From Spirochaetia bacterium (GTDB taxonomy: Bacteria > Spirochaetota > Spirochaetia > SZUA-6 > Bin103), in contig OZ241907.1 of the NCBI GenBank assembly GCA_965203515.1, forward strand, positions 672,001 through 736,000: a stretch of DNA of 64,000 nucleotides, in the 5' to 3' direction. Position numbers and translations under genes: made by a program. The stretch's first letter is position 1. Every line of letters starts with the position of its first letter. The notes below the pieces were generated by a model. That model was not told the DNA's origin. It did no database searches and saw only the letters and a list, made by a program, of their open reading frames with translations. Below, one piece after another: positions 8,306 to 18,635 of the stretch.

Positions 8306-10798
8306 GTGGATCACTTGACGCTGCACGTAGCCGCCGGCGGCGATGACGCCGCGCCCGGAACCGAGGAGGCGCCGTTCGCGACCGTGGAGCGCGCCCGTGA
8401 CGCGGTGGCCGAGCTGCTGCGCGCCGGACCGCCGCGGTCGATCACGGTGTCGATTCACGCCGGCGTCTACCACCTGAGCGGCACGCTGGAGCTCGACGGC
8501 GCGGTCTCCGGCACCGCGGACCACCCGGTCGTGTTCAGGTCGGCGCCGGGCGAGCGGGTGGTGCTCTCCGGCGGCCGGCCGGTGACCGGCTGGCAGCGCG
8601 AGGCGGGCGCCGGCGACCTCTGGGCGGCCCCCGCCCCCGCCGGCGGCGTGTTTCGCACCCTGCGGGTCGGCGACCGGCTCGCCGAACGCGCGCGCTACCC
8701 GTCGGCCGACGCCGGGGACCGCATCCGCGGCGGCTGGCTGTTCGCCGACTGGTGGCGCCATCCGTGGGAGCGCGGCCGCTTCGAGCAGCCGGTCAGCCGC
8801 GTCCGCCGCGCCGGCGACTATCTGCAGTGGCGCGTGCGGGTGCCGGCGACGGCGACCTACCAAGTCTGGATCTGCTACGTCAAGGACGAGAGCACCACCC
8901 ATCCCGCCATCGCGTCCGTGTTCGGCGCGCGCGGCGGCGAACGGGTGAAGCTGGCCGACTTGGCCGTCACCCCGGATTGGCGCTCGGGCACGCACGAGGC
9001 GTTCCCGTACGTGGCGGCCGGCGAGATCCGGCTGGAGGAAGGCGAGCGCGACCTGTACTGGGAGAACATCTCCGGGGGCCAGATCGACTTCGACGCCGCG
9101 GTGCTCTGCAGCGACCGCGATTGGGACCCGGCCGAGCGCATCCGCCTGACGATCTGGCACCCGCGCGCCTACGAGGTCGATCCGCCGGCGTCCGGTACCG
9201 ATTATCTGGTGCTGCAGGCCGAGGCGTTTTCGAGCGCCAGCCCCGGCGTCGGCATCGCCGACGTGGAGCCGAGCGGCGCGCCCCGCGCCGAGCCGGGCGG
9301 TCGGCCGGGTCTGGTCACCATGGCGCCCGACGACGTCCCCGCCTGGACCGATTGGGAGGGGGCGGAGATCGACATCTTCTCCGCCTGGGGCTGGAACAAC
9401 CTGATCCAGCCGGTGAAGCGGTACGACGCCGCGTCGCGCACCGTCCACTTCGAGTCCTACAACGACGTGCGGCCGGGCAACCGGTACTCCATCTCCGGCG
9501 TGCGCGGCGCGCTCACCGATCCGGGAGAGTGGCACCTGGACGCGGCGAGCGGCACGATCCGCTACCTCGCCCCGGCCGGCACGGAGCGCATCGACGGGGC
9601 GGTCGCCGGCCTGCTGAAGACCGCGGTGCGCATCTCCGGCAGCCACGTCGAGCTGCGCGATCTGGTGATCGCCGACACCGATTACGGCGTCGCCCCCGAC
9701 CCGGCCGCGCAGGACGGCGCGATCGAGCTCGACCGGGCCGAGTACTGCTCGGTGGTCGGCTGCCGCTTCGAGTGCGTCAACGGCTGGGGGGTGCGGATGG
9801 TGAACCGCAGCCACCACAACCGCGTCGAGCGCTGCACCATGCACGATCTGGGACAGGGCGGCGTGGAGCTGTTCGGCGACGACTACAGCCAGCCGTTCGA
9901 GAACGAGATCGTCGCCAACGACATCGCCGACTGCGGCCGCGTGTACGCGCACGTCGCCGGCGTCTACGGCAACGCGTCGAGCCGCAATCGCATCGCCTGC
10001 AACCGCATCCGCCGCATGCCGCGCTACGCCATCTCGCTCAAGTCGGGCGGCGGTCACTCCGCGCATCAGAACGTGATCGAATACAACGACATCGCCGACC
10101 TCAACCTGGCGACCAGCGACACCGGTGCGATCGAGATCTACGGCGGCGACCGCAAGCCGACCGGCAACGTCGTGCGCTACAACCGCATCGTCAACTCGGT
10201 CGGGCTCAAGGTCGACGACCGCGGCCGGTTCGTGACGCCGGTCTACTCGTGGGGTATCTATCTCGACGACTGGTGCTCGGGGGTCACCATCCACGGCAAC
10301 ATCATCGTCGGCAACGTGGTCGGCGGCGTGAACATGCACGGCGGGTGGGGCAACCTGGTGGAGAACAACATCCTGGTCGACGGCCAGCGCCGGCAGCTTT
10401 CGCTGGCGCCGATCTTCAGCGACCTGCAGAGCCGGACGCTGCGCGACAACATCTTCCGCCGCAACGTCGTGGCGTGGTCGGAGCGCACGTCGGCGGTGAT
10501 CTGGTGCCGTCCGCGGCGCTGGTATCCGGAGATACTGCGCGAGTGCGACCACAACGTGTACCACTTTTGCGGCGGCTCGCTCGACCTGGAGTCGCCGGAG
10601 ATCGACGTCACGCCGCTCGGCAGCCTGCAGCGCTGGCGGGACGCCGGCTTCGACCGCCACAGCGTGATCGCCGATCCGCTGTTCGTCGCCCCGGCGGCCG
10701 GAGACTTCACGCTGCGCGCCGACTCGCCGGCCTTCGCCATGGGCTTCCGGCCGATCCCCGTGGACCGCATCGGCCCGGACGGCTACGCCAAGGAATGA
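8306..10798 (+). CDS. Right-handed parallel beta-helix protein (putative polysaccharide-active enzyme)
   Basis: 'PFATVERAR', 'LSGGRPVTGW', 'LTDPGEWHLD', 'DTGAIE', 'WGIYLDD', Asn-ladder repeats and C-terminal 'SVIADPLF...DFTL...GFRPIP...IGP'. Confidence 0.8.
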   Translation: MDHLTLHVAAGGDDAAPGTEEAPFATVERARDAVAELLRAGPPRSITVSIHAGVYHLSGTLELDGAVSGTADHPVVFRSAPGERVVLSGGRPVTGWQREAGAGDLWAAPAPAGGVFRTLRVGDRLAERARYPSADAGDRIRGGWLFADWWRHPWERGRFEQPVSRVRRAGDYLQWRVRVPATATYQVWICYVKDESTTHPAIASVFGARGGERVKLADLAVTPDWRSGTHEAFPYVAAGEIRLEEGERDLYWENISGGQIDFDAAVLCSDRDWDPAERIRLTIWHPRAYEVDPPASGTDYLVLQAEAFSSASPGVGIADVEPSGAPRAEPGGRPGLVTMAPDDVPAWTDWEGAEIDIFSAWGWNNLIQPVKRYDAASRTVHFESYNDVRPGNRYSISGVRGALTDPGEWHLDAASGTIRYLAPAGTERIDGAVAGLLKTAVRISGSHVELRDLVIADTDYGVAPDPAAQDGAIELDRAEYCSVVGCRFECVNGWGVRMVNRSHHNRVERCTMHDLGQGGVELFGDDYSQPFENEIVANDIADCGRVYAHVAGVYGNASSRNRIACNRIRRMPRYAISLKSGGGHSAHQNVIEYNDIADLNLATSDTGAIEIYGGDRKPTGNVVRYNRIVNSVGLKVDDRGRFVTPVYSWGIYLDDWCSGVTIHGNIIVGNVVGGVNMHGGWGNLVENNILVDGQRRQLSLAPIFSDLQSRTLRDNIFRRNVVAWSERTSAVIWCRPRRWYPEILRECDHNVYHFCGGSLDLESPEIDVTPLGSLQRWRDAGFDRHSVIADPLFVAPAAGDFTLRADSPAFAMGFRPIPVDRIGPDGYAKE

Positions 10799-10823
10799 TC
10801 GGGACCCGAACGGCGCTCGCGCT

Positions 10824-11999
10824 TCAATCGGCGGCGAAGGCGATGAGGCGCCGCAGGCCTTCGCGGAGCTGGTCCGGGGCGCTGGCCAGGGAGATGCGCA
10901 CGCGGCCCTGGCCGCCGGCGCCGAAGGTCTGGCCGGGGGCGACCGCTACGTCGGCCTCCTGGAGCAGGCGGCGAGCGTAGGCGTAGGTGTCGTCGATCCG
11001 GCCGGGCAGGTCGACCAGCAGGTAGAAGGCCCCGGCCGGCCGATAGCTGCTGAGGCCGGCGCGTGCCAGCAGGCCGCAGGCCAGATCGCGCCGCTCGCGG
11101 TAGGCGCGGACCATGGCGGCGACGCAGTCCTGCGGCCCGGTGAGCGCCGCCAGCGCCGCGTGCTGGGAGAGCACGGGAGCGCACGCCACGGTCGCCTCCT
11201 GGAGCTTCACCAGCAGCGGCGCGATCGGCTTGGGGCAGGCGACGTAGCCGACCCGCCAGCCGGTCATGGCATAGCTCTTGGAGAAGCTGCCGACCGTGAA
11301 GCAGCGATCGCCGGCGCCGAGGCCGGCGGCAAGGCCGGCGGGGCTGACGTGCCGGCCGTCGAAGACGATCTTTTCGTAGCACTCGTCGGAGATCAGATAG
11401 AGATCGTGCCGTTCGGCAAGCTCGACGATCCGTTCCAGCCGGTCGCGGCGCATGACGGCCCCGGTCGGGTTCGACGGGCTGGCGACCATGATCGCCTTCG
11501 TGCGCGGCGACACGGCGGCGGCCAGCGCGTCGAGGTCCGGTTGGTAGCCGTCGGCGGCGACCAGCGGGTAGGGCACCGCCGCGGCGCCGCACAGCTCGGC
11601 GGCCATCCGGTAGTTGGGATAGCCGGGGTCCGGCACCAGGAGCTGGTCGCCCGGCTCCAGCACGCTCTGCTGGCTGGCGTACAGGGCGCCCATCGCGCCG
11701 ATGGTGATCATGATCTGCTCGGTCGTGACGGCGATCCCCTGCTCCTCCCGCAGCATGACGCGGAGCGCCTCGCGCAACTCGGGCAGGCCGGCGTTCGGCG
11801 TGTAGCCGGTCTTGCCGGCCTCGGCGGCGCGGGCGGCCGCGGCGCAGACGTGCGCGGGCGTGGGGAAGTCGGGCTGGCCGACCTCCAGATGGATGACGCC
11901 GGGCCGTTGCGCCACGTCGAGTATGGCGCGGATACCGGAGCGCGGTACCGCCTCGACCCGAGGATTGACCGATCGCAGGGAGCGGCTCGCTTGCCTCAG
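10824..11999 (-). CDS. PLP-dependent aminotransferase, class I/II
   Basis: 'LEVGQPDF', 'SPSNPTG', 'ISDECY' and 'SFSKSYAMTGWRVG'; start codon uncertain (no ATG/GTG near the expected start). Confidence 0.9.
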   Translation of the reverse strand: MRQASRSLRSVNPRVEAVPRSGIRAILDVAQRPGVIHLEVGQPDFPTPAHVCAAAARAAEAGKTGYTPNAGLPELREALRVMLREEQGIAVTTEQIMITIGAMGALYASQQSVLEPGDQLLVPDPGYPNYRMAAELCGAAAVPYPLVAADGYQPDLDALAAAVSPRTKAIMVASPSNPTGAVMRRDRLERIVELAERHDLYLISDECYEKIVFDGRHVSPAGLAAGLGAGDRCFTVGSFSKSYAMTGWRVGYVACPKPIAPLLVKLQEATVACAPVLSQHAALAALTGPQDCVAAMVRAYRERRDLACGLLARAGLSSYRPAGAFYLLVDLPGRIDDTYAYARRLLQEADVAVAPGQTFGAGGQGRVRISLASAPDQLREGLRRLIAFAAD

Positions 12000-13306
12000 G
12001 CAGGGGCGGCGGCGTTCGCGGCGGGGGAAGCGGCCGCCTGCGCGGCGCTCACGGCGACGCCGGGCGTCACCGTCACGCCGTAGCGCGGCAGCACCTGCTC
12101 CATCGCGTTGAGCAGGGCGCAGACCGAGTCGAGGTTGGCCACGAAGCCCATCAGACCGACTCGGCTGCCGGCGTACCCCATCTCGCGCACCTCCTGGGAG
12201 CCGCCGGCGGTGGCGATGCCGTGCTCGCGCCACACGGTTCGCATGTACTCCTGCGTCGGGAACGAGTCGCCTGGCATCACCACGCAGGTCGAGCAGGACG
12301 CGGCGATCCGTTCGTCGGCCAGGACCCGCAGTCCCATGGCGCGCACGCCGGCGCGCAGTGCCCGGCCGGCGGCGGCGTGGCGGGCGATCACGCGGTCAGG
12401 GCCTTCCTGCACGATCTCTCGCAACGCTCCCCGCAGCGCCAGCAGCAGCGAGTACGACTGCGACGGGCCGTGCGCGGCCTTGTAGGCGGTCACCGACGTA
12501 TCGACGGCGCCGCCGTCATCGGTCGATTCGCCGTTCGCGGACGGCGATTCGGCCGTTTCGCCGTGCGTCTGCTCCCGTGCCTGCCGCACGCCGTGATGCC
12601 AGCGCCTCCAGGTCTCCAGGTCGAGGCACAGGCCGGGAATCGGGCTCGATCGCCGCTCGGCGGCCTGCCATGCGCGCGGTCCCACGGCCACGATGGCGAT
12701 CCCCTGGGGAGCGTTGACGCATTTCTGGCTGCTGGTGCAGCAGACGTCGATGCCCCAGTCGTCGATGCGCAGCGGTTCGGAGGTGAGGGACGATACGGCG
12801 TCGACCAGATAGAGGACGTGCGGAAACTCCTCGCGGATCATCGCGCCGATCTCCCGTACCGGGTTGACGGTGCCGGCCGTGGTCTCCAGATGGACCACGG
12901 CGAACATCTTGGCGTCCGGGCGGTCGCGTAGCGCCTCCCGCGCCCGGTCGACCGTGACCGCGGTGCCGGGCGGCAGCTTGACCTGCGCGGCGGTCGCGCC
13001 GACGACGGTGACCAAGTCGGTCAGCACCTGCCCGAACATCCCGGTGTTGACCGTCACGCAGACGTCGCCGCGTTCCAGGAACGTGTTGAACGCCGCCTCC
13101 TCGCCGTAGGTCGCCGAGCCGACCGGCAGCAGCACGTCGCCGCCGGTATGCAGTATCTCGCGCAGCATCGCCACGCAATCGCCTTCGACGTCATAGAAGG
13201 GCGGGTAGTAGATCGGGTTGGGCAGGGGCTGGCCCATCGCCTGGCGCGCGGCCGGGTGAAGGTCGGTCTGCCCGCAGGACAGGTTGAGGTGCAATGCGGC
13301 GCTCAT
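11996..13306 (-). CDS. Class V aminotransferase (alanine-glyoxylate/serine-pyruvate family)
   Basis: 'VHLETTAGTVNP', 'LVDAVSSL' and 'TSSQKCVNAPQG'. Confidence 0.88.
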   Translation of the reverse strand: MSAALHLNLSCGQTDLHPAARQAMGQPLPNPIYYPPFYDVEGDCVAMLREILHTGGDVLLPVGSATYGEEAAFNTFLERGDVCVTVNTGMFGQVLTDLVTVVGATAAQVKLPPGTAVTVDRAREALRDRPDAKMFAVVHLETTAGTVNPVREIGAMIREEFPHVLYLVDAVSSLTSEPLRIDDWGIDVCCTSSQKCVNAPQGIAIVAVGPRAWQAAERRSSPIPGLCLDLETWRRWHHGVRQAREQTHGETAESPSANGESTDDGGAVDTSVTAYKAAHGPSQSYSLLLALRGALREIVQEGPDRVIARHAAAGRALRAGVRAMGLRVLADERIAASCSTCVVMPGDSFPTQEYMRTVWREHGIATAGGSQEVREMGYAGSRVGLMGFVANLDSVCALLNAMEQVLPRYGVTVTPGVAVSAAQAAASPAANAAAPA

Positions 13307-13363
13307 GGCGACGGGACTATGCAGGATGGCCGCCGGCTCGACAACCGCGCCGGTGCGGTGCGC

Positions 13364-14605
13364 TCAGGTACGCGGCGCCGCCAGCACGTAGCCGTCGCGG
13401 GCGACCACCGCTCCGTCGCGGATCACGGCGCGCACGGAGCGGAGCGCGCGCACGTCTTCGAGCGGATTGCCGTCGAGCAGGATGCAGTCGGCCCGCTTGC
13501 CGGCCTCCAGCGTGCCGATCTTGTCGTCCAGGGCCAGCGCTTCGGCGGCGGTGGCGGTGGCGGACCGCAGCGCCGCCGCCGGAGACATGCCGCCCAGCCC
13601 GACCATCGTCTCCAGGGTGCGGGCAAGATCGACGAAATTGGTGTCGGTAATGCCGGCGTCGGTGCCGGCGATCACGGTCACGCCGGCGGCGAGCATGTCC
13701 CGGAACGTGGCGAACTTCCGCCATCCGGGATGGCGCTCGCCGGCCGCCTCGATCTCCTCCAGGGGCCAGCGCTCGAAGCCGGCGATCGTCTTGCAGATGA
13801 AGATGCGCCGGTCGCGGATCCGTTCGACGGTCGCGGGCCGGTAGTCCTCGCCGTCGCCGTCGCGCGCCAGCCAGGTGCAGTGTTCGATGCCGTCGAAGCC
13901 GGCGGCGACGCAACGTTCGATGCCTTCGGTGCCGTGCGCGTGGGCGCTGGCGCGCAGGCCGAGACGATGGGCGTCCTGGGTGATCGCTTCGAGCTCGGCC
14001 GGTCCGAATTGCGCGGCGCGGGGATTGCTGCCGCGGGTGCCGCCGCCGGTCGCCATCACCTTGATGAAGTCGGCGCCCGCCTTGTGCATGCGGCGCACCG
14101 CGCGGCGCACGGCGTCCTCGCCGTCGGCCTCGTTCTCCAGGAACCAGCAGTGGCCGCCGGTGCAGGTGATCGGCGCACCGCCGGTGACGATTCGCGGCGC
14201 CGCCAGCAGACCGTCGCGCACGGCGCGGGCGACCGGGATGATCACGTCCGCCAGACCGCCGCAGTCGCGGACGGTGGTGATGCCGCGGCTGAGCGCCGCG
14301 CGCAGGTTGGTCACCGTTTGGACCGTGAGCGCGGCGGGCGGCTGGCCGATCGCCGCGTACAGCGGGTCGATCCCGTTCCGGGCCGGATTCCCGCTCCACA
14401 TCAGATGCACGTGGCTGTCGATCAGGCCGGGGGCGATCACCTGCTCCGGGAAGTCGAGCCGCCGCGTCGCCCCGTCGGCGCGCTGCAGCGCCTCGTCGCC
14501 CACCGCCGTGATCGCGCCGTCTTCGACCAGCAGCGCAGCGTCGGCGCGGGGCTCGGCGGCAGCGCTCCGGACCAGCAGCCGGCCGCGTATCAGGGTCTTC
14601 ACCAT
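13364..14605 (-). CDS. Metal-dependent amidohydrolase
   Basis: 'PGLIDSHVH', 'GITTVRDCG', 'IKVMATGG', 'AHAHG', 'IEH', 'AGTDAG' and 'GKRAD'. Confidence 0.9.
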   Translation of the reverse strand: MVKTLIRGRLLVRSAAAEPRADAALLVEDGAITAVGDEALQRADGATRRLDFPEQVIAPGLIDSHVHLMWSGNPARNGIDPLYAAIGQPPAALTVQTVTNLRAALSRGITTVRDCGGLADVIIPVARAVRDGLLAAPRIVTGGAPITCTGGHCWFLENEADGEDAVRRAVRRMHKAGADFIKVMATGGGTRGSNPRAAQFGPAELEAITQDAHRLGLRASAHAHGTEGIERCVAAGFDGIEHCTWLARDGDGEDYRPATVERIRDRRIFICKTIAGFERWPLEEIEAAGERHPGWRKFATFRDMLAAGVTVIAGTDAGITDTNFVDLARTLETMVGLGGMSPAAALRSATATAAEALALDDKIGTLEAGKRADCILLDGNPLEDVRALRSVRAVIRDGAVVARDGYVLAAPRT

Positions 14606-14621
14606 GATAGGATCAGATTAG

Positions 14622-15296
14622 ATGACGACGGATCGAGCCGTCGAACGGAAGGTCGATGATACGGATATGGCCAAAGTCTACACGCCGCACGACCGCTCGA
14701 TTCCGCCGCGGGGGCGGGAGTTCGACACGCCGGGATTCCTGCCGGTCACGCCCGCGTTGATCAGCGTCCTGGACGAGGAGACCGGCATCCCGAACATCAT
14801 GCCGTCGGTCGGCTGGGGCTGGCTGAACCGGCTGCCGTTCCTGCTCGGCGTGGCGGTGAGCGTCCAGGAGATCACCGGGGACTACTTCAAGCGGGGCACG
14901 CACGAGTTGCTGCGCCGCGCCGGCGACTTCGCGTTGAACGTGCCCACGGACCGGCTGCGTGAGGCGGTGTCCGCCTGTGGCGGCCGGCTGTCGCGCGCCA
15001 AGGACGCCACGGTCGACAAGTTCAAGGAGACCGGGCTGACGCCGCTGCCCGGCAAGCGCATCAAGTCGCCCCATATCGCCGAATGCCCGATCAGCTACGA
15101 GTGCAAGGTGCGCGAGGTGGTGAGCCTCGGCTCGCACGACCTGTTTCTGGGCGAGGTGGTCGGCTGCTTCACCGATGGCGTCGTCCGCCCGGGCCGCTCA
15201 TCCGCGCAGGGTCACTCGCGCATCGAGCTCGCCCGCGAGGACGGCGGCGCCACCGTGCTGGAGTTCCAGGGCATGGTCCACTTGGTGAGCGAATAA
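14622..15296 (+). CDS. Flavin reductase family protein
   Basis: 'FALNVP', 'DKFKETGLT' and 'PHIAECPISYECKV...GSHDLFLGEVV'. Confidence 0.85.
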   Translation: MTTDRAVERKVDDTDMAKVYTPHDRSIPPRGREFDTPGFLPVTPALISVLDEETGIPNIMPSVGWGWLNRLPFLLGVAVSVQEITGDYFKRGTHELLRRAGDFALNVPTDRLREAVSACGGRLSRAKDATVDKFKETGLTPLPGKRIKSPHIAECPISYECKVREVVSLGSHDLFLGEVVGCFTDGVVRPGRSSAQGHSRIELAREDGGATVLEFQGMVHLVSE

Positions 15297-15305
15297 GCCG
15301 CGTCT

Positions 15306-16427
15306 TCAGCGCTCCGGTTCCAGGGGCGCCGGCTCGCCGCGATTGATGACCGCCCAGCCGGTCACGTCGCCGCCGTGCCAGCGGTACGGCATCGGCATGA
15401 CGGTCGCGGAGCGGTCGGCCAACGGCAACGCGATCCGGCGGTGCCCGTTGCGAGCGGAGAGCTTGATCGCCGCCGCCGCCTCCAGCACCTGCCGGTAGTC
15501 GTGGCCGCTGCACGGCGCCGGGCGGCCGTCCCGCACCGCCTCCATCAGGCTGTCGACCACGCCCAGGAACGGGCCGCCGAGCCGTTCGTCGTCGGTCGGC
15601 TCCTCCAGGAACGCGGGCCGCACCGGGCGGGCGCGCGTTCCGGTTCCCTTGAGCAGCACGGTGCCGGCCTCGCCGGCCAGGTAGACCGCCCCATCCTCCC
15701 CGAACAGCGCCACCTTGTGCGCCCCTTCGGCCGGCGCCTCGCGCGCGGCCGTGCAGACGTAGCCGCCGGTCATGCCGAGCGCGCCGTACGCGGCGCAGTC
15801 GTCATCGCTCGCTGCCGCCGCTTCCGGCACGGTCCAGCCCTCCGCCCACGCGACCTCGTCGCCGGTGGCGAAGCGCAGGAAGTTGAGGATCACGCAGCCC
15901 AGACCGGACACCTGATCGCCCTGCGCCAGGAACCCATCGATGGCCGCGCCGGTGAGCCGGCCGATGGCGCCGTCGCGCACCCAGGCGCCGATCTTGGCCA
16001 CGTTGTGCACCTCCCACCACGCGGTGCCGCAGGCGAACGCCGCTCCCCGCGCCTCGCAGGCGGCGACCATCGCATCGGCGTCGGCCAGCCGCGCGGCGAT
16101 CGGCTTTTCGCAGGAGATCCCCTTGACGCCCGCCTCCGCGCACGCGATCACGGCGTCGCGCGCGGCGCTGACCGGCAGGACGTTGGCGACCACGTCCGGC
16201 ACCTGCCATGCCAGCAGCTCCTCGACCGTATCGAACTGGCGGGTGATCCCGTAACGCTCCGCAAACACGGCGCGCCGCGCGCGCGCGGTGTCGACCAGGG
16301 CGACCAGCTCCGCTTCCGGGTGCTGGGCGTAGGCCCTGGTATACCGGCGGCCCCAGTCGCCGCAGCCGCCGACCACCGCGACCCGCAGCTTCTCCCGTTT
16401 CCTGTCTCCGTTCATCGTCTCCCTCAC
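15306..16427 (-). CDS. Gfo/Idh/MocA family oxidoreductase
   Basis: 'VAVVGGCGDWG' Rossmann motif and 'CEKPIA'. Confidence 0.88.
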   Translation of the reverse strand: MRETMNGDRKREKLRVAVVGGCGDWGRRYTRAYAQHPEAELVALVDTARARRAVFAERYGITRQFDTVEELLAWQVPDVVANVLPVSAARDAVIACAEAGVKGISCEKPIAARLADADAMVAACEARGAAFACGTAWWEVHNVAKIGAWVRDGAIGRLTGAAIDGFLAQGDQVSGLGCVILNFLRFATGDEVAWAEGWTVPEAAAASDDDCAAYGALGMTGGYVCTAAREAPAEGAHKVALFGEDGAVYLAGEAGTVLLKGTGTRARPVRPAFLEEPTDDERLGGPFLGVVDSLMEAVRDGRPAPCSGHDYRQVLEAAAAIKLSARNGHRRIALPLADRSATVMPMPYRWHGGDVTGWAVINRGEPAPLEPER

Positions 16428-17386
16428 CCGCTCCGCGCGAAGTCCGCGAAGTCATGGTCCAGCTCGTCCCAGACGGCCGGATCGACTTCCTGCCGGTAGG
16501 CGGCGACGTTCTGCGCGACCCGCTCCGGCGTGGAGAAGCCGAGCAGGACGGAGGCGAAGCGCGTCTCACGCAGGCAGAAGTGCAGGTTGAGGACGTGCAG
16601 GTCGAGGCCGCGCGCCGCGCACCAGTCATACGTCCGCTTGGCGCGGCGCAGCTCCGCGGTCATCTCCACCCGGTCCGGCGCTACGCCGGCGTCGCGCGCC
16701 GCCACCGCGATCGGGTCTTCGCCGCCCAGCAGACCGTTCAGCATGATCGACGCGTTGAACACGCCCACGTCGGCGGCCGCGGCCGGCTCCAGCACGCCGG
16801 CCAGCGCGGAGCGCTCGATCAGGTTGTAGTCGCGAAAGGTGAGCGACACCTCGAAGTCGCCCGTAGCGATGCACGCCCGGTGATGCGCGTGCGGCCGGCA
16901 GCCCAGACCGAGGTGCCGGATCACCCCCTGCTCCTTGAGCCGCAGCAGCGCGTCGCGCGCCGCGTGCGGCGCCAGCACCGGCTCGATCTCCTCCGGGTCG
17001 TGGACCAGCATCACGTCGAGATAGTCGGTCTGCAGCGCGCGCAGGCTCAGCTCGGTGCTGGCCATGATGGCGTCATGGGAGTAGTCGTGCGGCCGCTGGC
17101 GTGAGCCGGCCTTGCTCTCGATGATCAGGTCCTCGCGCCGGTTGCCGCGGCGGTACCATTCCTGCAGCGCGATGCCGATGTACCGCTCGCTCTCGCCGCC
17201 GATGTAGGCGGCCGAGGTGTCGATCAGGTCGATGCCGGCCTCCAGCGCGGCCAGCACCGTGTCGACGCCCAACCGCTCGTCGTGGCGGCCGTCCCGGCGG
17301 CCGAGCTGTGCGCCGCCGATGCCCAGCACCGGCACCTGCAGCCCGGTGCGTCCCAGCCGGCGGCGCTCGTATTCGATTCGTTCCAT
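16424..17386 (-). CDS. Aldo/keto reductase
   Basis: 'RRLGRTGL', 'IDTSAAY' and 'SLRALQTDYLDVMLVHDP'. Confidence 0.9.
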   Translation of the reverse strand: MERIEYERRRLGRTGLQVPVLGIGGAQLGRRDGRHDERLGVDTVLAALEAGIDLIDTSAAYIGGESERYIGIALQEWYRRGNRREDLIIESKAGSRQRPHDYSHDAIMASTELSLRALQTDYLDVMLVHDPEEIEPVLAPHAARDALLRLKEQGVIRHLGLGCRPHAHHRACIATGDFEVSLTFRDYNLIERSALAGVLEPAAAADVGVFNASIMLNGLLGGEDPIAVAARDAGVAPDRVEMTAELRRAKRTYDWCAARGLDLHVLNLHFCLRETRFASVLLGFSTPERVAQNVAAYRQEVDPAVWDELDHDFADFARSG

Positions 17387-17456
17387 GGCGCTTCAAGCAT
17401 AGCCGCCTTTGACACGCGGCGGTCCATACCCGCACGGTGAGCCGCAGGAGGCCGTC

Positions 17457-18635
17457 GTGTTGATCAAGGAGGTCAAGCTCTACGTCGTCGCGGCCGGCGA
17501 GCGGGAACGCGCCGCGATCGGGCGCGGCGGCATGGAGCTGGCGCCGCCGGGGCTGTCCGGGCTGTTCACGCACGGCGAAGGGATCGGCGCCGACGGCGGT
17601 ATTGCGGAGTTCCGGGAACGGCTGCCGGCCTATGACCTGATCCTGCGCCTCGTCACCGACGGCGATCTCGACGCGCACGCGACCTACGCCACCGGCTTCA
17701 GCGCGGCCGAGCTCGCCTGGCAGGCGCGGGAGTTCCGCGTGAAGATCGCGCATCTGCTGACCGGCATCGACGCCTTCGACCGCGAGCGCATCTGGCAGCG
17801 TCTCTGGTACACGCAGCGGTTCATGTACACCGGCCGCGGCCTCGTCCAGACCGTGGACGAAATGCTCTGGGACCTTGCCAGCCGCCACGCTCGCCTGCCG
17901 CTGTACCGGCTGCTGGGCGGCGCCCGCGACTCGCTGCCGGCGTATCGGAACATCGGCGGCCGGACCGTCGACGACTATGTCGCCGACGCCGCGCGCGCGC
18001 GCGAGGAGGGATTCAAGGGCGGCAAGGACCACTCCTATCGCGGCGTCGCCGGCAATACCGAGCTGTTTCGGGCGTTGCGGGAGGCGATGGGAGACGACTT
18101 CATCCTGATCCACGACGCGGTCGAGCACTACACCTGCGACGAGGCGATCAGGATCGGCCGCGAGATGGAGCGGCTCGGTTACGCCTGGATCGAGGAGCCG
18201 CTGCAGGACTTCGACCTCATGGGCCTCAGGAAGCTGTGCGCGGCGCTCGACCTGCCGGTTATGGCCATGGAGTGGATCGGGTCGCTGGCCGGGCAGCCGT
18301 TCAACGCCTCCGCCTTCATCGCCATGCAGGCGACCGACATCGTGCGCCAGCGCGCCGTCGGCATCACCGGGCAGATCAAGCTGGCGCAGCTCGCCGAGAC
18401 CTTCGGGCTCGACGTGCACGGCGGCAACGCGCACGTGGTGCTGGCGATCCACAACGACCCGCTGTACGAGTACGGATCGGAGGGGGCGCTGCCGCCGCCG
18501 CAGGACCCGGCGACGCTCACGTTCCAGGGGATCCGCGTGATCGACGACGGCCATCTGCGCATCCAGTGCGGGGACCTGCCGGTGCCGGAGCCGGACTGGG
18601 AGCGGATCGAGTCGGAAGCGGTGGAGGTGGTGTGA
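17457..18635 (+). CDS. Mandelate racemase/muconate lactonizing (enolase superfamily) enzyme
   Basis: GTG after AGGAG; 'LWDL', 'GFKGGKDH', metal ligands in 'IHDA', 'WIEEP' and 'AME', and 'VHGG'. Confidence 0.85.
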   Translation: MLIKEVKLYVVAAGERERAAIGRGGMELAPPGLSGLFTHGEGIGADGGIAEFRERLPAYDLILRLVTDGDLDAHATYATGFSAAELAWQAREFRVKIAHLLTGIDAFDRERIWQRLWYTQRFMYTGRGLVQTVDEMLWDLASRHARLPLYRLLGGARDSLPAYRNIGGRTVDDYVADAARAREEGFKGGKDHSYRGVAGNTELFRALREAMGDDFILIHDAVEHYTCDEAIRIGREMERLGYAWIEEPLQDFDLMGLRKLCAALDLPVMAMEWIGSLAGQPFNASAFIAMQATDIVRQRAVGITGQIKLAQLAETFGLDVHGGNAHVVLAIHNDPLYEYGSEGALPPPQDPATLTFQGIRVIDDGHLRIQCGDLPVPEPDWERIESEAVEVV

